Shown: positions 50,235 to 61,504 of the stretch, piece after piece
Layout: every line of letters starts with the position of its first letter
Numbering within the stretch: the first letter of the stretch is position 1
Assembly (NCBI GenBank): GCA_965198065.1
Contig: CBDAON010000004.1
Location: 1,216,001-1,280,000 of the forward strand
Source of the DNA: Longimicrobiales bacterium
GTDB taxonomy: Bacteria > Gemmatimonadota > Gemmatimonadetes > Longimicrobiales > Gaopeijiaceae
Length of the DNA: 64,000 bases
Reading direction: 5' to 3'
The notes under the pieces: model-generated
Database searches by the model: none
What the model was told of the DNA's origin: nothing
The model's input: only the letters and a program-made list of their open reading frames with translations
Program-made: the position numbers and the translations under genes

Positions 50235-52684
50235 CCCACGACCAGGTTCAGGAGGCGGTCGGGCACGTATACGACTCTCCTGAGCTCGGCATCTTCCAGA
50301 TAGCGAGCCACGTTGGGCTCGACCCTGGCCCGAGCGAGCGCCGCTTCCTCCGACGTTCCGCGCGCCAGCGCGATCGAGCCCCGGACCTTTCCGTTCACCT
50401 GAATCGCGAGGGTCACCGTCTCCTCCCGCGCTTTCGCCGGGTCGGAGCTCGGCCAGGCGGCCGAGTCGAAGACGGAGGCCTCGTGGCCCAGGCGGGACCA
50501 GAGCTCCTCGGCCAGGTGGGGGCAGAACGGCGCGATCATGACGACGAGCGGCTCGACCTCGGAGCGGGCCGCGCCCCGGTCACCGGCGCGCACGACGTTC
50601 AGGTACTCCATCAGGGCTGCGATCGACGTGTTGTACTGGAGCTCCGGGATCTGCCCGCTGAGCTTGGCGATCGTCTGGTGCAGCTTCCGCTCGACGTCCG
50701 GATCGGGCGGCCCGTCCCCGAGCGCCTCGACGGGAACGACGGTCTCCCAGAGGCGCTTGAGGAAGCCGAACGGCCCCTGGATGCCCTGGTCACGATAGTC
50801 CCCACCCTCCTCGAAGGGGCCAAGGAACATCAAGTAGAGACGAAACGCGTCGGCCCCGTGCTCCTCGATGATCGGATCGGGGATGATCACGTTTCCGCGG
50901 CTCTTGGACATCTTGGCGCCGTCGCGGATGATGAGGCCGTGGGCCCGGAAGCGAGTGAACGGTTCCTCGAAGCGGATCCGGCCGATCTCCTCGAGCGCCA
51001 TCGTGATGAATCGGGCGTAGAGGAGGTGGAGCACCGCGTGCTCGTTCCCGCCGATGTAGCAGTTCACGGGGAGCCACTTCCGAGTCAGCTCCCGATCGAA
51101 CGCTGCGTCGTTCCTGTCGGCCGATGGATACCGCAGGAAGTACCAGGCCGAGTCCAGGAACGTGTCGGACACGTCGGTCTCGCGCCGCGCCGGGCGGCCG
51201 CACTCCGGGCAGCTCGTCCGGTACCACTCTTCCCCACGGGCGAGGGGGCTCACGCCGGAGTCGTCCGGCGTGAAGTCCTCGACCCGGGGCAGGATCACCG
51301 GAAGCTGGTCGTCGGGGACTGCCACCGGACCGCAGCCGTCGCAATGGACGATCGGGATTGGAGGACCCCAATACCGCTGACGCGAGATGCACCAGTCGTG
51401 GAGGCGGTAGGTCACCCGGTGCTCTCCGAGCTCCCGGTCGCCGAGCCACTCGACGATCGCCCGCTTCGCCTTGGCGGTAGGCATACCGCTGAAGGTTCCG
51501 GAGTTCACGGAGGTGCCGTCCTCGACCAGCGCCTCGGCGAGGGGCGTGTCCGAGCCCTCACCGGCGCCGGCGACAACCCTACGGATGGGAAGCCCGAACA
51601 CCGTCGCAAACTCGAAGTCGCGCTCGTCGTGTCCGGGCACCGCCATGACCGCGCCCGTCCCGTACTCCATCAGGACGTAGTCGGCGATCCAGATGGGGAT
51701 CCGCTCCCCCGTCGCCGGATTCTCGCAGTGCCCGCCCGTGAAGACACCGGTCTTCGACTTGTCCACCTTCTTCCGCGCCACGAGGTCCATGCGGGCCACC
51801 TCCTCCCGATAGGCCTCGACCTCCGGACGACGATCGGCCGTGGTCACCCGGTCCACGAGCGGGTGCTCGGGCGCGAGGACCATGTACGTGGCGCCAAAGA
51901 CGGTGTCGGGGCGGGTCGTAAAGACCTCGATTGCCTCGCCGGTGGCCAACTCGGGAAGGGGGAAGCGCAGGCTCGCTCCCTCGCTCCTCCCGATCCAATT
52001 CCGCTGCGCCTTTTTCGTCGTCTCGGACCAGTCGAGCGCGTCCAGGTTCGAGAGCAGACGCTCCGCGAAGTCCGAGATGCGAAAGAACCACTGGGCGATG
52101 AGGCGCTGCTCGACCGGCGTGTCGCACCGCTCGCAGCGGCCGCCCACGACCTGCTCGTTGGCGAGGACCGTCTTGCAAGAAGGGCACCAGTTCACCGGCG
52201 CCTCCTTCCTCTCCGCGAGACCGGCCTCGAAGAGGCGGAGGAAGATCCACTGGGTCCACCGGTAGTAGTCCGGACTCGTCGTGTCGACCGCGTGATTCCA
52301 GTCGAACATGCCTCCGATCCGCCGGAGCTGGCGCGTGAAGTTGGCCACGTTCCTGGGGATCAGATCCATAGGATGGATCCCGACTTTCAGCGCGAAGTTC
52401 TCGGAATGGATCCCGAAGGCATCGAAGCCGATCGGCTCGAAGACGTCGTGGCCCGTCAGGCGCCGGAAGCGGCCGTGAACGTCGGCGCCCGTGAACGCAT
52501 AGATGTTTCCCACGTGCAGCCCCTCGGCGGAGGGGTAGGGGAACATCATGAGGTTGTAATACGGGCGCTCCGGAGCGCTCAGGTCACCGGCGGTGAAGAG
52601 GTTCGTTCCCCGACGCTCCCATTCCGCCTGCCACTTTTCCTCGACCTCGGCCGGGCGGTAGCGGTCCCTCTCCTGATCTGACAT
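50231..52684 (-). CDS. leuS: Leucine--tRNA ligase
   Basis: [27 protein letters not shown]. Confidence 0.98.
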   Translation of the reverse strand: MSDQERDRYRPAEVEEKWQAEWERRGTNLFTAGDLSAPERPYYNLMMFPYPSAEGLHVGNIYAFTGADVHGRFRRLTGHDVFEPIGFDAFGIHSENFALKVGIHPMDLIPRNVANFTRQLRRIGGMFDWNHAVDTTSPDYYRWTQWIFLRLFEAGLAERKEAPVNWCPSCKTVLANEQVVGGRCERCDTPVEQRLIAQWFFRISDFAERLLSNLDALDWSETTKKAQRNWIGRSEGASLRFPLPELATGEAIEVFTTRPDTVFGATYMVLAPEHPLVDRVTTADRRPEVEAYREEVARMDLVARKKVDKSKTGVFTGGHCENPATGERIPIWIADYVLMEYGTGAVMAVPGHDERDFEFATVFGLPIRRVVAGAGEGSDTPLAEALVEDGTSVNSGTFSGMPTAKAKRAIVEWLGDRELGEHRVTYRLHDWCISRQRYWGPPIPIVHCDGCGPVAVPDDQLPVILPRVEDFTPDDSGVSPLARGEEWYRTSCPECGRPARRETDVSDTFLDSAWYFLRYPSADRNDAAFDRELTRKWLPVNCYIGGNEHAVLHLLYARFITMALEEIGRIRFEEPFTRFRAHGLIIRDGAKMSKSRGNVIIPDPIIEEHGADAFRLYLMFLGPFEEGGDYRDQGIQGPFGFLKRLWETVVPVEALGDGPPDPDVERKLHQTIAKLSGQIPELQYNTSIAALMEYLNVVRAGDRGAARSEVEPLVVMIAPFCPHLAEELWSRLGHEASVFDSAAWPSSDPAKAREETVTLAIQVNGKVRGSIALARGTSEEAALARARVEPNVARYLEDAELRRVVYVPDRLLNLVVG

Positions 52685-53251
52685 GCGACCCGCTCGAAGC
52701 CTGTGGGGATGGATCGGCGCGCTTCGGAGCCACCGAAGGTAATCCTCGCCCTGGGAAAGAACCAAGGGCGGAAAGCGCAGGCGCGCGGGGGGCGTTGTAG
52801 GTGGATGGGAGGCGGTGGGCGGGGCGCGCCCACGAGCGGGCGAGGCGGCGACCGGTCCCGCGCTAGGGGCCGGTCACCGCCCGACTACTTCGACATGTCC
52901 CGCGACACGCTCAACGAGCTCGCTGCCGATCAGCCCTCGATTCCGTGCGAGTCCGCGGCGCGCCGCCTCGCCGCTCAGGTCCCGAGCGGCTCAATTGCCG
53001 CGATAGGTAGCGACGGGCGGGAGCTGCGCCCCGCGACGCTCTCCATGGCCTGCGCCGCGACCTGCATGGGCGCGAGCGCCGGCACGGCGCCGAACAGTGT
53101 GAGGAGTGCTCGCATGGTTCCCTTCCTTATTTCAGGTTGGTGCCAGGTGGCCGGGTAGGGTAGCTACACCTGGGCCAAGCCCGGCGGGGTGTCAAGCGAT
53201 TTCGGGCGAGGTGCCGCACGGGTCGTGAGACTTCGCCACCCCGTCGGTTTG

Positions 53252-54313
53252 CTACCGACCGGCTCGTGGCTCCGTCGCGACCTCGAAGGGATCGAGGCGC
53301 GCGGGCGCCTCCTCGCGTATCCAGGCCATCAGCTGGGCGAACGTGCTCTCCCACTGCTGCCAGAGTCGGTCGAAGTCCGACAGTCGATGGTAGTAGAGGA
53401 TCCTCGCCAGGAAGGTCGCGTTGTTCAGGGGTTGATCGGCGAAGTAGGCGTAGCTCGACGCGCGGAGGGCAGGCTGAACCGAGCGCCGAAACTCCACCTG
53501 CGCCCCCGAGTAGATGCGCTCCCGCTCCACCAGCAACGCGTCGCCCTCGAGGTCTCCTCGTGCGAAGAGCTCCCGGATCCTGGCCTCCAGCGCATCGATG
53601 AACCGGGACACCTCCTTGGCATCCTCCCAGCGGTCCCGGGCGCGTCGGCACCTGACTGTGTCGGGTCCTCCGCCGTCCCGTGTGCAGAAGAACTCGATGG
53701 CAGCGGCGTTTCCTACGAAGCTCGCGTAGGACTCGTTGAACCGGCTCTGTCCAGGTACGTAGAGGTGGTTGTGGGCCAGCTCGTGGAGCACGCTCTCCAC
53801 CAGCCCGACGTCGTCCTCGCGGAGAAGGGTCGAGTAAAGGGGGTCCGCAAACCACCCCAGCGTCGAAAATGCCGGGATCGGGCGGAGGTAGGTGTCGAAT
53901 CCCTCCTCCACGAGCTCTCGCTCCGCGGCCTCGGCCGACTCCACCGAGAAGTAGGCCCGGTAGGGTACCCGTCCCGCGACGGGAAACCACCAGGTCCGGA
54001 ACTCGAGACGGTCGGGATAGGCGGCGGAGAGCACCAGGGCGAGGGTGTCCGATGGAAGTCTGGCGAGGCTCGTGTACGAGTCTCCCGCGTTCTCGAAGCC
54101 GAGCTCGCGGATGGCGAACGCCCTCGCATCCCACACGAGGCGAAGCCGCGCGCGGGTGACGGCGTCTACCGTCGTGTCGGCCATGACGTCTACGAGGGGA
54201 ACTCTGGACGAAAGAATTCGGGCCTGCGCCCACCCGGCGCGGGCCACATAAACCGGATTGCACGCGCCTACCAAGAAGAGCGTGGGGACCAGGACGGCGA
54301 CCGTCTTTCGCAT
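53252..54313 (-). CDS. Putative zinc aminopeptidase, lipoprotein
   Basis: AFSTLGWFADP, HELAH, FNES.ASFV; VGAC lipobox. Confidence 0.88.
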   Translation of the reverse strand: MRKTVAVLVPTLFLVGACNPVYVARAGWAQARILSSRVPLVDVMADTTVDAVTRARLRLVWDARAFAIRELGFENAGDSYTSLARLPSDTLALVLSAAYPDRLEFRTWWFPVAGRVPYRAYFSVESAEAAERELVEEGFDTYLRPIPAFSTLGWFADPLYSTLLREDDVGLVESVLHELAHNHLYVPGQSRFNESYASFVGNAAAIEFFCTRDGGGPDTVRCRRARDRWEDAKEVSRFIDALEARIRELFARGDLEGDALLVERERIYSGAQVEFRRSVQPALRASSYAYFADQPLNNATFLARILYYHRLSDFDRLWQQWESTFAQLMAWIREEAPARLDPFEVATEPRAGR

Positions 54314-54507
54314 CGTGCCCCTCCTCCGTGCATGCAGCCGGGCTCGGGGTTTGTGCACGCGGCTGAACTGCCGGACGATCGCCGAACTGTCGGACGATCG
54401 CAGTACGTGAAGCCCCACGAACGCAACGCACAAGGGGCGAGGGCGGCCGTCCTCGGGCGGTGCGGCCGGCTTGAAGCCGGCTACGGGCCCCGTTCTATTT
54501 GTGCGCC

Positions 54508-55881
54508 ATGCCAATGCTCGACCGGGCCTACGGCCTCTCCGTCCGGTTGCTCCGATCGATTGCGCCATTTTTTGATCAGGGGGAGTCCAAGCTGGCCCGC
54601 GGGCTCCGGGCCAGGGTGCGGGCCGACTCGCTCCTCCGCGAGTGGGGGAGCGTCTATCGGGATCGGGAGCGGCCCCTCGTATGGGTTCACGCGCCGTCGG
54701 TCGGGGAGGGGCTCCAGGCGCGGGCGATCCTGGACGTGCTCCGGGCCCGGCGCCCGGACCTCCAGACCGCTTTCACGTTCTTCTCGCCCTCCGCGCTGGA
54801 GCTGGCGCGAAAGATGCCCGTGCACGTGGCGGGCTTCCTCCCGTGGGACGTGCCGTCGGAGATGGAGGCGCTCGTGGGCTCCCTCGACACCGGGCTCGTC
54901 GCGTTCACGAAGACCGAGGTCTGGCCCGGACTGGCCAACGCCGCCGCCACCCGAGGGGTTCCTGCGGTTCTCATGGCGGCGACGCTGCCCGCGCAGGCGG
55001 GTCGACTGAGTCCCCTGGGCCGGCTCCTTCTGGGACCCACTTTTCGGTTGCTCACGCAGGTCCTGGCCGTGTCGGAGGCGGACGGACAGCGATTCCTGAG
55101 ACTCGGAGTGGCCGAGGAGAAGATCCTGGTCACGGGCGACCCGGGCGTGGACTCGGCGTGGCGAAGAGCCAGGGAGGTGAACCCACGGGCTCTCTATCTC
55201 TCCCCGTTCGTCGAGGATCGGCGGCCCACGGTCGTAGCCGGCTCCACCTGGGGAGAGGACGAGGCCGTACTGGTGCCGGCCCTGGCCGAGCTCAGGCGCG
55301 GGCTCGACAAGCTCAGGGTTGTGATTGCGCCGCACGAGCCGCACCCGGACCACGTGACCCGGCTCGTGGGCGCGCTCCAGGCGGCCGGCTTCCGAACGGA
55401 GCTACTCAGAGACGTGGAGGCTCGCGGCAGGGCCGGAGACGCGGACGCCGTCGTGGTCGACCGCGTGGGCGTGCTGGCTCACCTGTACACCGTGGGGGAC
55501 GTTGCGTACGTCGGGGGAGGGTTCGGCAAGAACGGCCTCCACTCCGTCCTCGAGCCCGCGGCGGCGGGGATTCCGGTCCTGTTCGGGCCGCGGCACGGCA
55601 ACGCTCCTTCTGCGGAAGATCTGAAACAGGTCGGGGCGGCCCGCGTCGTCTCCGACAGCGCGGGAGTGACCGGGATCCTTGAGTCCTGGCTCCGCGATCG
55701 AAGGCAGCTCGAGGAAGCCGCCGGGAGGGCTTCCGGGTATATTGAAGGGCACCGGGGGGCGGCCGGCAGGACGGCGGACGCGCTCACGGGTCTTCTTCCC
55801 GCCCAGAGGGAGCGGAGCGTTGACGGAGCCGATGTCGAGCGGGGAGAGCATCCCCGAGATCACTCCGACGGAGCTGCGTGA
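54508..55881 (+). CDS. waaA: Kdo transferase
   Basis: WVHAPSVGE, TFFSPS, VAGSTW, APHEP, AYVGGGF, HSVLEPAA. Confidence 0.93.
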   Translation: MPMLDRAYGLSVRLLRSIAPFFDQGESKLARGLRARVRADSLLREWGSVYRDRERPLVWVHAPSVGEGLQARAILDVLRARRPDLQTAFTFFSPSALELARKMPVHVAGFLPWDVPSEMEALVGSLDTGLVAFTKTEVWPGLANAAATRGVPAVLMAATLPAQAGRLSPLGRLLLGPTFRLLTQVLAVSEADGQRFLRLGVAEEKILVTGDPGVDSAWRRAREVNPRALYLSPFVEDRRPTVVAGSTWGEDEAVLVPALAELRRGLDKLRVVIAPHEPHPDHVTRLVGALQAAGFRTELLRDVEARGRAGDADAVVVDRVGVLAHLYTVGDVAYVGGGFGKNGLHSVLEPAAAGIPVLFGPRHGNAPSAEDLKQVGAARVVSDSAGVTGILESWLRDRRQLEEAAGRASGYIEGHRGAAGRTADALTGLLPAQRERSVDGADVERGEHPRDHSDGAA

Positions 55882-56173
55882 CCGGATAGAGCGAGGCGAC
55901 CGGGTGGTCCTGGTAGACGTGCGTGAGCATTACGAGCGCCAGATCGCGGACCTGCCTGACTGGGGGCAGCTACGGATTCCGGTGGGCGAGCTGTTCGACC
56001 GGCTCTCGGAGCTGGATGCCGAGCAGGAGACCGTGCTCTACTGCCGTTCGGGATCGCGAAGCGGATGGGCGACTGGTCACCTCGCCGCGCGCGAATACGG
56101 CAAGGTCTGGAACCTGAAGGGCGGGCTCCTCGCCTGGAAGGCCGAGGTGGATCCTTCGATCCAGGCCTATTGA
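55832..56173 (+). CDS. Rhodanese-like protein
   Basis: VDVRE, YCRSGSRS, LKGGLLAW...DPS. Confidence 0.9.
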   Translation: MSSGESIPEITPTELRDRIERGDRVVLVDVREHYERQIADLPDWGQLRIPVGELFDRLSELDAEQETVLYCRSGSRSGWATGHLAAREYGKVWNLKGGLLAWKAEVDPSIQAY

Positions 56174-56300
56174 GCGGGACGCCGATCGACCTCTTCGCGC
56201 TAATCGATGGTGTAGCCCAGCACCACCTTTTCGATCCGAGGCGCTTTCCCCTGGGCGAGGTGCTGGGGAGCCTGGTGGCGAGAGACACGCCACCCGAGGG

Positions 56301-58115
56301 TCAAACCCCTACGGGGCTCGGCGCGAACTGAAGCTCGTAGAGTCGGGCGTAGAGACCGCCATGATCTAGGAGCTCCCGGTGGCTCCCCTCCTCGACGAGC
56401 TCCCCGTGGTGAAGCACGAGGATGCGATCGGACCCCTGGACCGTGGAGAGCCGGTGGGCGATGATTACGGACGTCCGCCCCTTCATGAGCCGGACCGTCG
56501 CCTCGCTGATCCGCGCCTCGATCTCGGAATCCACCGAGCTCGTCGCCTCGTCCAGCACCAGAATCCTGGGGTTGAACGCCAGAGCGCGCGCGAAGGACAC
56601 GAGCTGGCGCTCTCCTACCGATAGCGACAGGCCCCGTTCTCCAAGAGGCTGATCGTATCCTTTCGGCAGCCGAGCCACGATCGCGTCCGCGCCAACGTAC
56701 TCGGCGGCAGCCCTCATCGCCTCCTCGGAGATCCCCTCGTTTCCGAGCCGAACGTTGTAGCCGACGTCCTCGGAGAAGAGGAAGATGTCCTGGAGCACGA
56801 GGCCGATCGCGGAGCGGAGCTCCCGCTGCGCGAGCTGCCGGACCGGGACGCCGTCGACCAGGATGTCGCCTCGTTGCGGGTCGTAGAACCGCATGAGCAG
56901 GTTGATCATCGTGGTCTTCCCAGAGCCCGTGTGCCCCACGATCGCGACTTTCTCCCCCGCGGCCACGCGGAAGGACACGCCCTTCAGGACCCAGTTGGGC
57001 TCCTTCGACTCGTCGCGGTCATACGCGAACCAGACGTCACGGAACTCCACCTCGCCGCGAATCGGCGTGGGCAACCTGGCCGGAGACACGGGGTCGCGCA
57101 CCGCCGGCTCCTGGTCCAGGAGCTTGAAGATCCGCTCCGAGGACGCCATGGCGGACTGGAGCAGGTTGTACTTCTCCGAGAGGTCCTGGATCGGGCGGAA
57201 GAAGCGCCGCGCATAGAGGAGGAAGGCGGTGACGATGCCCACGGTGGTCGCGCCGGCCAGGACTTGGGATCCGCCGTACCAGAGGATCAGCGCCAGGGAG
57301 ACGGCCGAGAAGACCTCGATGACCGGAAAGAAGAGGGCGTAATAGTGAATAGAGCGCAGATGGGCCTCGAGGTAGTCCTGATTCACCTCGTTCATCCTCC
57401 GCGCGTCGGGACCCTCGCGATTGAAGAGTTGCACAACCCGAATGCCGGTGATGCGCTCGTGAAGGAACGCGTTCATGCAGGCCGTGCGCACGCGGATGTC
57501 CCGGTACGCATTCCGGATGCGCGAGCGGAAGAACGCCGCCACCCACATGACCAACGGGATGACGGCGAAGGCGACGAGCGCGAGCTCCCAGTCCATGATC
57601 ACCATCGCCGACACGATGAACACGAGGGTGAAGAGATCGCCGAAGATCGCGACCACGCCGGAGCTGAACAGCTCGTTCAGCGTCTCCACATCGGAGGTGA
57701 TCCGCGTCATGAGTCGTCCCACGGGCGTTCGATCGTAGAAGCGGAGGTCGAGACGCTGGAGGCGATCGAAGATCTGGGCTCGCAGGTCGTACATGACCCT
57801 CTGGCCCAGCCACGTCGTGGCGACGGACTGCCCGTACTCGAGCCCGAAGGTGAGGAACGCCGTGGCGAAATAGGCGGCCGCGAGAAGAGCCAGGAGGTTT
57901 GGGTTCCCCTCGGGCACGGCGATGTCCAGGGCCAGCTGCACGAGCCAGGGGCCCACGGCCTGGAGCGCCGCGGCCGAGACGAGGAGGGCGACCGCCCCCG
58001 CCACCTTCCACCGGTACGGGCGGAGGTACCGGAGGAGCCGGCGCATGAGCCGCGCGTCGTAGCCCTTGCCCAGGGCCTCCTCTTCCAGAATTTGCCCGAC
58101 GGACGGGTGCGTCAT
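56301..58115 (-). CDS. ABC transporter ATP-binding/permease protein
   Basis: GHTGSGKTT, LSVGERQL, LDEATSSVD. Confidence 0.95.
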   Translation of the reverse strand: MTHPSVGQILEEEALGKGYDARLMRRLLRYLRPYRWKVAGAVALLVSAAALQAVGPWLVQLALDIAVPEGNPNLLALLAAAYFATAFLTFGLEYGQSVATTWLGQRVMYDLRAQIFDRLQRLDLRFYDRTPVGRLMTRITSDVETLNELFSSGVVAIFGDLFTLVFIVSAMVIMDWELALVAFAVIPLVMWVAAFFRSRIRNAYRDIRVRTACMNAFLHERITGIRVVQLFNREGPDARRMNEVNQDYLEAHLRSIHYYALFFPVIEVFSAVSLALILWYGGSQVLAGATTVGIVTAFLLYARRFFRPIQDLSEKYNLLQSAMASSERIFKLLDQEPAVRDPVSPARLPTPIRGEVEFRDVWFAYDRDESKEPNWVLKGVSFRVAAGEKVAIVGHTGSGKTTMINLLMRFYDPQRGDILVDGVPVRQLAQRELRSAIGLVLQDIFLFSEDVGYNVRLGNEGISEEAMRAAAEYVGADAIVARLPKGYDQPLGERGLSLSVGERQLVSFARALAFNPRILVLDEATSSVDSEIEARISEATVRLMKGRTSVIIAHRLSTVQGSDRILVLHHGELVEEGSHRELLDHGGLYARLYELQFAPSPVGV

Positions 58116-58116
58116 C

Positions 58117-58803
58117 TCATCGCCTGCGCTGGAGCAGCTCCCGCTCCACGTCTTCCCACGAGGCCCCGGCCCCCTTCAGGGCCACGAGCAGGTGATAGAT
58201 CAGGTCGGCCGCCTCCCGGTGAGCCGAGCTCCCGCCGCGTGCGAGCTCGCTGACGAGCTCGGCCACCTCCTCCCCTAGCTTCTTCAGGCGGAGGTTCTCG
58301 TCGTCGAGGAGGCGGGTCGTGTAGCTTCCCTCGGGGCGCTGGACGGCCCGCTCTTCGATGACCCGCCATAGATCGACGAGCACGGGAGTGCCCGCCCTCC
58401 CCTTTCCGCCGCCGTCGTCCGGCCCGGGGCCGGTGCGGGGAGCCCCGGGGACCGCCCCCAACCCGAAGCAGGCGGGCTCCCCGGTATGGCACGCGGGTCC
58501 CGCAGGCGTCACCAGGGCCAGCACCGTGTCCCCGTCGCAGTCCGCGTGGATGGAGACCACGGCCTGGGTGTTCCCCGAGGTCTCTCCCTTCTTCCAGAGC
58601 GCGTTTCGCGAGCGGGACCAGTAATGCATGGTCCCGGTCGCGAGCGTCGTCTCGAGCGCCGCCCGGGTCGCCCATGCGAGCATGAGCACGTGGCCGGTCC
58701 CCGCGTTCTGCACGACCACGGGGAGGAGCCCGCGCGCATCGAACGCGAGGGCGTCCAAATCAGACGCGTCCTGGATTCTCCGGTCGGTGGACGGTGGTGT
58801 CAC
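58117..58803 (-). CDS. hisIE: Bifunctional phosphoribosyl-AMP cyclohydrolase / phosphoribosyl-ATP pyrophosphatase
   Basis: [32 protein letters not shown]. Confidence 0.95.
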   Translation of the reverse strand: MTPPSTDRRIQDASDLDALAFDARGLLPVVVQNAGTGHVLMLAWATRAALETTLATGTMHYWSRSRNALWKKGETSGNTQAVVSIHADCDGDTVLALVTPAGPACHTGEPACFGLGAVPGAPRTGPGPDDGGGKGRAGTPVLVDLWRVIEERAVQRPEGSYTTRLLDDENLRLKKLGEEVAELVSELARGGSSAHREAADLIYHLLVALKGAGASWEDVERELLQRRR

Positions 58804-59585
58804 TGGGAGGTCCCGGTAAGGGGCGGCGGCGGCGCCCGAACGGGAATCCCCCATGCGGCGAGCCGCTCCTTCAGGTCACGCACTGTCGTGAGGCCGTCGT
58901 GCAGGATGCCCGCGAGGAGCACCGCCGAGGCGCCCCCCTCCGTGAAGCCGTCCCGGAGGTGCTCGGGGGTGCCCGCGCCGCCCGAGGCGATGACGGGCAC
59001 GCTCACGGCCTCGGCCACCGCCTGGGTGAGCTCAAGATCGTATCCCGAGCGTACGCCGTCGCGGTCGATCGAGGTAAGGAGCACTTCCCCAGCACCGCGC
59101 TCCACGCACTCCCGCGCCCAGCTCACAGCGTCGAGGTCCGTCCGCCGCCGTCCCCCGAGCGTGTGGTGGTACCAGCCCTCTCCGTCCCGGGCCGCATCGA
59201 TCGAGATGACGACACACTGGCTCCCGAAGCGGTCGGCGCCCCTCGTCAGGACATCGGGATCGCGCACGGCCCCCGAGTTCACGCTCACCTTGTCCGCGCC
59301 GGCTCGGAGCAGGGCGTCCATGTCCTCGACGGCGCGAACGCCACCACCCACCGTGAGCGGAACGAAGAGGACTTCGGCCGTTCGTCGCACGGTCTCGAGG
59401 AGCGTTCCCCGTCCTTCGTGCGAGGCCGAGATGTCCAGGAACACAACTTCGTCGGCGCCCTCACCCTCGTAGCGGCGAGCGAGCTCGACGGGGTCTCCCA
59501 CGTCCCGGAGCTCCTTGAACCTGGTGCCCTTCACGACACGGCCGTCGTGCACGTCCAGGCAGACGATGATGCGGGGCCGGAGCAC
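58800..59585 (-). CDS. hisF: Imidazole glycerol phosphate synthase cyclase subunit
   Basis: CLDV..GRVVKG, GADE..FLDI, TSIDRDG, ASGG. Confidence 0.97.
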   Translation of the reverse strand: MLRPRIIVCLDVHDGRVVKGTRFKELRDVGDPVELARRYEGEGADEVVFLDISASHEGRGTLLETVRRTAEVLFVPLTVGGGVRAVEDMDALLRAGADKVSVNSGAVRDPDVLTRGADRFGSQCVVISIDAARDGEGWYHHTLGGRRRTDLDAVSWARECVERGAGEVLLTSIDRDGVRSGYDLELTQAVAEAVSVPVIASGGAGTPEHLRDGFTEGGASAVLLAGILHDGLTTVRDLKERLAAWGIPVRAPPPPLTGTSQ

Positions 59586-59589
59586 GAGT

Positions 59590-60192
59590 TCAGTTTTCCT
59601 CCCGCCCGGTCCTGGGCGGGGCGCCCTTCGGGGAGTCGGTGGGCCCCGCCGCCGCCTTCCCTTCACGCACCGTGACGGCGCCCTTCGTGGAAAAGACCTC
59701 GTCCCCCACGCGTAGGGCCTGACGGAGCGCGAGCCCCGTCGCCTTAACGGCGGCTTCCACGACGTGGTGGCGATCCCTTCCCCGGAGCACCCGAACGTGG
59801 AGCGTGGCTCCCAGGTTCATCGCGAACGAGCGAAGGAGGTGCTCGTAGAGCGTAGACGGGAGGCGGCCCTCGTAATGGGCTCTCCCACCCACGTCGATCG
59901 CGGCCTGGACGAGCGCCTCGTCCATGGGGACAAGGGCCCAACCGTACCGCTCCGCCTTGGCAGGAAGGTCGCGGGACAGCGCCGATCCGAGGGTGATCGC
60001 GGCGTCCTCGACCAGGTGGTGCCGAAGGTCTCCCGTGCCCTCCATCTCGAGCCCGAGATCCCCGTAACGCGCCAGGGTCTCGATCATGTGATCGAGGAAG
60101 GCGTCGCCCGTCGAGACCTCGACGGGGCCCCTGCCGATCCTCACATCCGCCATGATTCGCGTTTCCTTGGTCTCCCTCTCGATTCGGCTCAT
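59590..60192 (-). CDS. hisB: Imidazoleglycerol-phosphate dehydratase
   Basis: RETKET, FLDHM, HHLVED, PMDE, HHVVEA, STKG. Confidence 0.95.
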   Translation of the reverse strand: MSRIERETKETRIMADVRIGRGPVEVSTGDAFLDHMIETLARYGDLGLEMEGTGDLRHHLVEDAAITLGSALSRDLPAKAERYGWALVPMDEALVQAAIDVGGRAHYEGRLPSTLYEHLLRSFAMNLGATLHVRVLRGRDRHHVVEAAVKATGLALRQALRVGDEVFSTKGAVTVREGKAAAGPTDSPKGAPPRTGREEN

Positions 60193-60902
60193 CCTCCGAA
60201 CTCCTCCGCGACCTCGTCCGCGTCTAGGATTCCCGTGTAGAGCGCCATCCCGAGCACGGCGCCGGCGGCGCCCCGATCCCTGAGGAAGCGCAACTCGTCA
60301 ATCGTCGTGACGCCACCCGAGATCCAGACCGGGTGTGGTGAAGCCGCGAGGACCTGGTCGACCCCGCCCCGGTCGATACCCTCCGCCCTGCCCTCCCGCC
60401 CGACGTCCGTCCATAGCACCCCGGCGAGCGGAAGCGTCCCGATGTCCTCGAGGAAGGCCTCCACGTCCAGGGACGTCTCCTCGGTCCACCCTCGTCGAAG
60501 AACCCTCCCGGCCCGCGCGTCAGCGGCCAGGATCACCGTGTCCGGGAAGCGGCCCGCGATCTCTCTTCGCCAGGCGGGATCGTCGATTGCTCGGGTGCCC
60601 AGGATGATTCGATCCACTCCGGCCCCGATGAGGACCCTGGCCCGATCGGTGTCCCGGATCCCGCCTCCCACCTGGATCTCCCCGGGCGCGTCCCGCGCGA
60701 TCCGGGACACGAGATCCAGGTTTCCGCCTCTGTCGAGCGCCGCGTCCAGATCCACCACGTGAAGCACGCGAAACCCACGGTCCCGCCAGCCACGGGCGAC
60801 ACCCACCGGGTCCGGAAGGGAGACCCGCTCGTCCTCGGGTCGTCCCCCGACGAGCTGGACGCAGCGTCCGTCCTTGAGATCCACGGCGGGCGCGGCAATC
60901 AT
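60189..60902 (-). CDS. hisA: ProFAR isomerase
   Basis: PAVDL..GRCVQL, HVVDLD, VGGGIR. Confidence 0.95.
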   Translation of the reverse strand: MIAAPAVDLKDGRCVQLVGGRPEDERVSLPDPVGVARGWRDRGFRVLHVVDLDAALDRGGNLDLVSRIARDAPGEIQVGGGIRDTDRARVLIGAGVDRIILGTRAIDDPAWRREIAGRFPDTVILAADARAGRVLRRGWTEETSLDVEAFLEDIGTLPLAGVLWTDVGREGRAEGIDRGGVDQVLAASPHPVWISGGVTTIDELRFLRDRGAAGAVLGMALYTGILDADEVAEEFGG

Positions 60903-61504
60903 CCCCCCACCTCCCGCACGAAGTTGGCGAGCACCCGGAGCCCGGCTGCGGAGCTCTTCTCCGGGTGGAACTGGAAGCCCCAGGTCCGACCCTTTCGCAC
61001 GGCAGCGGCGAACGTCTCTCCCTCGTAGCTGGATCGGGCGATCACCGAATCGGCTTCGGCCTCATCCACCTCGCACACGAACGAGTTCGCGTAGTAGGCG
61101 GGAAAGGTGCCGATCCCACGGAGCGCGGGATCCGACCCTCCCTCCACGTCGTTCCACCCCATCTGGGGGACGGTTCGGGCGCGGAGCCTCCGGACCTTCC
61201 CGGAAAGAAGCCCGATCCCGGCGCCCGGGGCCTCCTCGCTCTCCGGGAAGAGGAGCTGCATCCCCAGGCAGATCCCGAGGCACGGGAGTCCCGCGTCCAG
61301 CGCCTCACGCACCCGCTCGCGCTCTCCCCCCAGGCCGCGGACGGCGGATCCAAACGAGCCCACGCCCGGAAGGACCAGACCGTCCCGGTCCAGGGCTTCC
61401 CTCCAGTCCGAGGTTACGGTGACCCGGGCCCCGCCCCGCTCGAGTCCCTTCCCGAGCGAATGCAGGTTTCCCGCACCGTAGTCGAAGAGCGCGAGATGGA
61501 TCAT
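60899..61504 (-). CDS. hisH: IGP synthase glutaminase subunit
   Basis: DYGAGN, LPGVG, GICLGMQ, QFHPEKS. Confidence 0.96.
   Translation of the reverse strand: MIHLALFDYGAGNLHSLGKGLERGGARVTVTSDWREALDRDGLVLPGVGSFGSAVRGLGGERERVREALDAGLPCLGICLGMQLLFPESEEAPGAGIGLLSGKVRRLRARTVPQMGWNDVEGGSDPALRGIGTFPAYYANSFVCEVDEAEADSVIARSSYEGETFAAAVRKGRTWGFQFHPEKSSAAGLRVLANFVREVGG

Noticed and set aside
48132..52681. Long antisense ORFs (559 aa, 732 aa) opposite tkt and leuS, and similar ones elsewhere
   Set aside because: Shadow ORFs expected from high-GC codon usage; no recognisable motifs.
52885..53114. Small minus-strand ORF with a signal-like start upstream of leuS, followed by a hairpin at 52844-52881
   Set aside because: The frame is interrupted by stops, there is no recognisable family, and I saw no T-box or attenuator features.
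56170..56331. Short ORF coupled to the rhodanese stop
   Set aside because: About 53 aa, runs into the convergent ABC gene, and cannot be assigned.
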